In this document: positions 33,801 to 64,000 of the stretch, one piece after another
How positions within the stretch are numbered: the first letter of the stretch is position 1
How the letters are laid out: each line of letters begins with the position of its first letter
From: Macrostomum lignano
Lineage: Eukaryota
Length of the DNA stretch: 64,000 bases
Direction of reading: 5' to 3'
NCBI GenBank assembly: GCA_002269645.1
Contig: NIVC01000665.1
Span: 1-64,000 of the forward strand
Program-made: the position numbers and the translations under genes
Notes under the pieces: generated by a model
Told to the model about the DNA's origin: nothing
Database searches by the model: none
The model's input: only the letters and a program-made list of their open reading frames with translations

Positions 33801-35678
33801 TGGCTATGCCATTTTCTATTTCCATCTATTGAATTCAGAGGCAATACATATTGCAGTTGATATACACTGTCTGATCAAAGGTATAACAGGTTGATTAAGT
33901 TAAATTCCAACGTTTTTTGGTACTTTGATTTCCGACGTTTTCGCGACGTCAAAGTTTCACCAATAAAGGCCGCGACTTTCGCGAACTAACGCGACGTTGC
34001 CGCGACGAAGTGTGTTACTAGGGATGACCATCTCAGATGCTGCATGATTATCTGGGATGCTGTATGATCATCTGGGATGCTGTATGACCATCTGGTATCC
34101 TGTATGATCATATGGGATCCTGTATGACCATCTGGGATGCTGTATGATCATCTGGGATGCTGTATGATCATCTGGGATGCTGTATGACCATCTGGGATCC
34201 TGTATGATCATATGGGATCCTGTATGACCATCTGGGATGCTGTATGATCATCTGGGATGCTGTATGACCATCTGGGATCCTGTATGATCATATGGGATCC
34301 TGTATGACCATCTGGGATGCTGTATGATCATCTGGGATGCTGTATGATCATCTGGGATGCTTTATGATCATCCGGGATGCCGTATGATCATCTGGGATGC
34401 TGTATGATCATCTGGGATCCTGTATGATCATCTGGGATGCCGTATGATCATCTGGGATGCTGTATGATCATCTGGGATGCCATATGATCATCTGGGATGA
34501 TGTATGATCATCCGGGATGCCGTATGATCATCTGGGATCCTTTATGATCATCTGGGATGCCGTATGATCATCTGGGATGCTGTATGATCATCTGGGATGC
34601 CGTATGCTCATCTAGGATGCTGTATGATCATCTGGGATGCTGTATGATCATCTGGGATGCCGAATGATCATCTGGGATGCTTTATGATCATCCGGGATGC
34701 TGTATGATCATCTGGGATCTTGTATGATCATCTGGGATGCTGTATGATCATCTGGGATCCTGTATGATCATCTGGGATGCTGTATGATCCTCTGGGATGC
34801 TGTATGATCATCTGGGATGCTGTATGATCATCTGGGATGCTGTATGATCATCTGGGATGCTTTATGATCCTCTGGGATGCCATATGATCATCTGGGATGC
34901 TGTATGATCATCTGGGATGCTGTATGATCATCTGGGATGCTGTATGATCATCTGGGATGCTGTATGATCATCTGGGATGCTGTATGATCATCTGGGATGC
35001 CATATGATCATCTGGGATGCTGTATGATCATCTGGGATGCTGTATGATCATCTAGGATGCTGTATGATCATCTGGGATGCTGTATGATCATCTGGGATGC
35101 TGTATGATCAGTTGGGATGTTGTGGGGTGCTTTGGGCATCAGCTTGATTATTTTGGATACATTAGGGATTAGTGGCATCATATAGGATTCGGTGGGAGAA
35201 TTTGGGATTCAGTGGAGTCATTTAGAATCATTGAATATCGATTTGTGTGATAATTTAGGATCGTCCAGGATTCCCTGGGATCGCTAGTCTAGAATGTAGT
35301 TTCTTAGAAAGAACGGATCGGACCTGTTTCGTAGAAATGGCGGCTTTTAGCAAGCCTCTGGAAACCTTCATCCGCAGCATCCCGGCCTGGGCCGGCATTC
35401 TGTCCGTTGGCGTCGGGGACAGCCTGGCCGGCCTGGTTGGCTCCCGTTTCGGCCGGGTCCGCTGGCCGCAGATGTCCCGGACACTGGAGGGCAGCGCCGC
35501 CTGTTTTTTCGGCCAGCTGGCCAGCCTGCGCTGCCTGCTGTCGGCCAGCGGCCTGGACTCTGCCGGCTGGCCCGCCTACCTGCTGCCCGTGTTCAGCGTC
35601 ACCTTGGTTGAGGCCTTCCTGGCTCAAGTGGACAACCTGGCACTGCCGCTGTGTCTGTACTTCCTGCTGGCACAGTAG
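27836..35678 (+). CDS. DOLK: Dolichol kinase (polytopic membrane protein, CTP-transferase family)
   Basis: Exons 27836-28254, 29020-29706, and 35351 (or 35378)-35678. Motifs RKLFH, PRDSAQLLLTPLALLLGLAAPIWL, WAGILSVGVGDSLAGLVGSRFGRVRWP..RTLEGS, VEAFLAQVDNLALPL match the dolichol kinase family. Confidence 0.9.
28300..28955. repeat. GA-rich minisatellite (GGAGAGAGGAAGAGAGATGGGAGATA-type)
   Basis: Fills DOLK intron 1. Confidence 0.9.
30952..32485 (-). pseudogene. Disrupted accessory ORF2 of the transposon (DUF4806-like C-terminus)
   Basis: N-terminus MQFCVVEFADKSVEYVSEAWL...CYWPP; spliced pieces 32485-32068, 31977-about 31647, about 31500-31307, 31203-30952; C-terminus GGSTQDAVRRILRRL..FSFAGRREKAAFK..IEAAVKEVLKHAKD. 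In-frame TAG and TGA plus frameshifts. Confidence 0.7.
32499..32804 (-). pseudogene. C-terminal remnant of an EnSpm/CMC-type transposase
   Basis: YYRIVNVLQ...LVCRRFKTKESFFAYPVESEKMGIHLVSNL resembles the C-terminus of animal EnSpm transposases (from memory, no HMM run). No catalytic core is visible upstream. Confidence 0.7.
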
Positions 35679-35679
35679 G

Positions 35680-36200
35680 GCTGGGAGAGATGAGAGATGG
35701 GAAAGGGAGACATGAGAGAGCTGGAGAGGGAGATGGGAAAGGGAGATGAGAAAGGGAGATCGGAGATCGGAGAGAGATGGGAAAGGGAGATTGGAGATCG
35801 AAGAGAGATGGGAAAGGGAGATTGGAGATCAGAGAGAGATGGGAAAGGGAGATTGGAGATCGGAGAGAGATGGGAAAGGGAGATTGGAGATCAGAGAGAG
35901 ATGGGAGAGGAAGATTGGAGATCAGAGAGAGATGGGAAAGGGAGATTGGAGATCAGAGAAAGATGGGAAAGGGAGATTGGAGATCGAAGAGAGATGGGAA
36001 AGGGAGATTGGAGATCGGAGAGAGATGGGAAAGGGAGATTGGAGATCGAAGAGAGATGGGAAAGGGAGATTGGAGATCAGAGAGAGATGGGAAAGGGAGA
36101 TTGGAGATCAGAGAGAGATAGGAAAGGGAGATTGGAGATCGGAGAGAGATGGGAAAGGGAGATGGGAAATAGAGATGGGAAAGGGAGATGGGAAAGACTG
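35680..36200. repeat. 31-bp GA-rich minisatellite GGGAAAGGGAGATTGGAGATCAGAGAGAGAT
   Basis: Begins just after the DOLK stop codon. Confidence 0.9.
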
Positions 36201-37028
36201 ATGAGGGCTGAGCAGTTCTCTCGCGCCAAGCTCCCGGGTTCGTTTCCTTGCGCGATCAGATTGAATTTGGGGCTCGTGCAATTCTCACGCCCTCGTAGAC
36301 TTGTTGTGTTCTCATGATCCAACCAAATGAGTCATTTCCCTTGTTGATCATGTCATTTGAGTCTTATTATATTATACTGATCTGTCGGCACGTGATTGAA
36401 CCATCGCCATATCCTACTTAGTTCTACTATTAGATATTTATGTAATATTATTGTGTTTACAATGAAATATAATAAAACTATATATATTTGGCATTTCTAC
36501 TTTATGACCAAATAAAGGATTAGCATATCAATATGCAATCACTTTTTTGCAGCGCAAAATACATTTGTTTTGCTTTTTTAGAAGAACGGGGTACATTTAC
36601 AGGGTACATTGCGTACTTTTGACTATTAGCTGGAGTTCATATTATGTGTACAGCAATAGTGTCAGTCTTACTTCAATAGTAATAAACATTATATGCTACT
36701 TGTCTATGCTACTGTAAGTAGTAAGACACATGAATAGTGTGACTTGTTTAGCGAACATTGCATCGAAGCTGGGAGCAAACCAACTTTCAGTTAAAGCTGA
36801 AACTGATCAGGATTACCGGAAGCTGCAGATGAGATTGGGTGGAAGCTGATCAGGGTTACCGGAAGCTGCAGATGAGATTGGGTGGAAGCTGATCATAGTT
36901 ACCGGATGCTGATGAGATCAACATAATTTAACGGGATTTAGATAGATGTACCGGAAGTGGCGGCGCCTTAGATCAGTCAAGTGCAGACGCGTTAACGGAG
37001 ATCGTTGGATGTCAGCAGCAGGGCAGGT

Positions 37029-48911
<11,883 letters not shown>

Positions 48912-49584
48912 GCAGGACGCAATCTCTTGGTGTCCTTGATCTTCAACTTCAAATACAAGATGCTATGGTACTGGAGCGCAACGAGTCTTGAGTTTCTGGG
49001 GCTTACTGGAGTAGACTTACTCAGATATTTAATATGCGATGCTACGGTACGCCCTCCTTTCTCTTTGTGCAGCCAGAGAAGAATTATTTTTCATTTCTTA
49101 GTCTCTCCTCTCCTTCCCCCTCTCCCGTGGCTTGTGATTCGCGCCTGAAACGCCTGGAGTACAGCCGAGCGTGACCGGGGGGGGGGGGGGCTTCATAGGG
49201 CGGCGGCCCAGCGTTTGTGTGCGATTGTGCTCAGTCTGTCTCTCCTTTTAGAGACTGAGAAAGGAAGGACTAGAGTCGAATGGTAGAAATATTTTTCACA
49301 CGCCTTTTTCCTCCCTCTGGCTGTGGGTGGTACAGCTCTTGCACTCAGCTGCTGCTTTATGCTCTTGAGCAGCCTGTGTGACTTTCCATCTCTCTGAATG
49401 TGTTGGTCCTAGACTACGCACAGCCAGTTAGTTCAATACCGCTCCGCTTTCATACACAAAGTCCCACGATAAAAAATACTGAAGCTGAGGGTTGTAGCGG
49501 GATCGTGCAAAAATTATCAACCGAAAAATAAAGACTGGCTCGCCTTTTTCAAGCAAAACTTTCGCTTTACTTTTCTTCGATTAG

Positions 49585-50000
49585 GGAGTGGCAGTCGGGT
49601 TGAACAGTGGGTAGGGTCGGGGAGTGAGGTGGCTGTCGGATTGAACAGTGGGTAGGGTCAGGGAGTGAGGTGGCTGTCGGATTGAACAGTGGGTAGGGTC
49701 GGGGAGTGAGGTGGCTGTCGGATTGAACAGTGGGTAGGGTCGGGGAGTGAGGTGGCTGTCGGATTGAACAGTTTGGAGGGTTAGGGAGTGAGGTGGCTGT
49801 CGGATTGAACAGTGGGGATTGGGTTGAACAGTGGGGATTGGGTCAGGGAGTGAGGTGGCTGTCGGATTGAACAGTGGGGATTGGGTTGAACAGTGGGGAT
49901 TGGGTCAGGGAGTGAGGTGGCTGTCATATTGAACAGTGGGAGGGTCAAGGAGTGAAGTGGCTGTCATATTGAACAGTGGGGAGGGTCAAGGAGTGAGGCT
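49585..50000. repeat. 41-bp minisatellite GGGTAGGGTCGGGGAGTGAGGTGGCTGTCGGATTGAACAGT
   Basis: Lies between the WDR19 3' end and the PHLPP 5' end. Confidence 0.9.
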
Positions 50001-50353
50001 TGGCAAAGAGACGTCATAAAAAATTTTTTTTAATCACAAGGCCATTTTTATTGCCTTATTGGGCCAAAGCTTGCTTATATTTATTTTCGCATAGATAAGA
50101 CTCATAGAGTTTGTAGAGTGCAATGCACAGAAAAAATGAAAATATTACGTGAAAATATAGAAAGATTAAATTGAACTCCTAAACAATAAAATCAAGGCAT
50201 TTGTGCCACAACAAAGACTTATTATAGGGCTTGCTCACAAGGGACTACATTAGTATTATTTCTTTACGAGTACTTTCATATTTTTATAGTTTCAGGGAGT
50301 GCCAATAATTATTGTATTAAAGAGCAAAAGTTTTGTCGTCAAAAAAGCTTCAG

Positions 50354-62335
<11,982 letters not shown>

Positions 62336-62986
62336 GTTGTAGTTGGAGCGCGCAGCATGGGTTTTGGCCACAGACCCAAAAATGTATTGACTGATGCAAA
62401 ATCGAATGGAATTCCCATATTGAAAAGAACTAACCAAACACTTTTTTGTTGCTCTAAAAAGCAAAAGGTTTTTTAAAATAAGAAAAAAGCTCAAATATAT
62501 ATAGAATCAGTTGATGCACTTTTGAAAAAAACACTACGATGAAAGAAATTAGTATGTTTGTTAAAACTCCTAAAACCGACAAAATAAAAAAACTGCCTTT
62601 AAATACCTCGACCATATTAACCGTAACTTGATTTAACTACCTGACTGAAGAAGTCCTGACGACTCCTCGTCTTGACTTTTGTCAATTCGCTGTGAAGCTT
62701 TAGCTTTTGCAGTTGCAAGGCGTTTATAGTTCCAAATCAATATCCCATAGGAATCTTTTTTCACTGATTAGGCCCTAGACAATCGCGATGACGAACAGAA
62801 CAGCTAGGTTAGTAGTAGGCTCTAGTCTAGTCTAGAAGTGCGATTGCCTAGACATGCTAGGCCTATACCCTAAGTTACTAAGTAAAGCATAATTTAATGA
62901 AAGACATTTGTTTAGACCCTGCAGACGCCGTTTGGGTGTATGAAACACAGCAATGGGACAGTAAGCCTATATATATTTTTATTGAT

Positions 62987-63588
62987 GGCACTGCTTATCC
63001 CCACGGTACCGTAGGAATAATTTCTGTCTTATTCCAACGGTACCGTGCGAATAATTTTCTGCTTATCCGCACGGCACACTGAGCAGATAGCTGCCCTATC
63101 TTCTACATATGCCGTGCGAATAATTTTCTGCTTGTCCGCAATATGAATATGAATCATGCGAATTTACATGATATATATGATATGATATGATCATATATAA
63201 ATCACGGCGAGATCAGATTAGACTTTGCTAAAAATTTAAATAATAAACAACTCTTAGAGTTAATTTAATTTAAATCATTTGTTACTACACAAAAAAATAG
63301 AAAAAAATCTTTATTTCTTTAGAACAAATGTTCAAGCCAAGTTATGTTGTTATACTGCACTCAAATCGTATGTACTAAACTTCCCACAACACGGCATATG
63401 TAGAAGATAGGGCAGCTATCTCGTCAGTGTGCCGTGCGGATAAGCAGAAAATTATTCGCACGGCATATGTAGAAGATAGGGCAGCTATCTCCTCAGTGTG
63501 CCGTGCGGATAAGCAGAAAATTATTCGCACGGTACCGTTGGAATAAGACAGAAATTATTCCTACGGTACCGTGGGGATAAGCACTGCC
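62987..63588. mobile_element. Non-autonomous Mutator-like (MULE/MITE) element, 602 bp
   Basis: About 150-bp near-perfect TIRs starting GGCA(C/G)TGCTTATCCCCACGGTACCG, flanked by a 9-bp TSD TTTATTGAT (62978-86 and 63589-97). No coding capacity. Confidence 0.9.
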
Positions 63589-64000
63589 TTTATTGATTAG
63601 GCCTAAAAAAATAAGAACAGTTTTTGATTAGGCCTTATAGTAGCTCTAATCTAATCAAAGCCAAATAAATTAAATAATATTTGTAATTTAGATAGATATC
63701 TAGATAGATACATACTAACAAACCATTTAAGTTAAAATTACTCTTAAAATCAAACTTTAAAATAGGACCAATTCTAAGTGCAGTATCATAGCATTAATTC
63801 TTGTGTTTTGTTAGGAACATAGCTTATATTCACTTTCATTATATGATCATTTAAATGGTGAATTTATATGTAGATAGTATAAGACAAAACCAAAAGAGCT
63901 TGTAGGTTTTAAAATATACTAATAATAACAAAATTATATTAGAAGGATCATATTTCAAAATTCTAGGGAATTTTTGGTATATTAATCAATTAATAGTTTT

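Larger units (their letters stand above)
30082..34023 (-). mobile_element. Non-autonomous, degenerate CMC/EnSpm(CACTA)-type DNA transposon, 3942 bp
   Basis: 35-bp TIRs with 34 identical positions ((T/C)CCTAGTAACACACTTCGTCGCGGCAACGTCGCGT), subterminal ACGTCGCG-like repeats, 2-bp TSD AT (30080-81 and 34024-25). Contains a transposase C-terminal remnant and a second ORF. Confidence 0.9.
29745..35115. repeat. 20-bp minisatellite GGGATGCTGTATGATCATCT, split by the transposon (29745-30081 and 34024-35115)
   Basis: The same unit continues in register on both sides of the insertion. Confidence 0.95.

Overview
Eukaryotic (metazoan) genomic window with GC-rich exons and introns or intergenic spaces filled by about 40 different mini/microsatellite arrays. 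This architecture suggests a Macrostomum-like flatworm, which is an inference with no database search behind it. Five spliced genes were reconstructed by hand from GT-AG boundaries, phase and recalled homology: a 5'-partial Sec14/spectrin/DH-PH/SH3 Rho-GEF of the MCF2L/Dbs type (+), EDEM3 (+), DOLK (+), PHLPP (-) and WDR19/IFT144 (-). A 3.94-kb degenerate CMC/EnSpm-type DNA transposon sits in a minisatellite in DOLK intron 2, and a 602-bp Mutator-like non-autonomous element lies upstream of WDR19. The strongest leads are: (1) two phase-incompatible homologous exons (candidate mutually exclusive pair) plus an extra in-frame cassette exon in IFT144; (2) intron arrays whose units repeatedly carry GGTCA, kB-like, STAT-like, CCAAT or splice-signal motifs; (3) three single-base frameshifts in otherwise intact genes; (4) a PHLPP PP2C domain lacking metal ligands. 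There is no CRISPR array, rRNA or confident tRNA, and most long ORFs in the track are repeat artefacts. Repeat boundaries are approximate.
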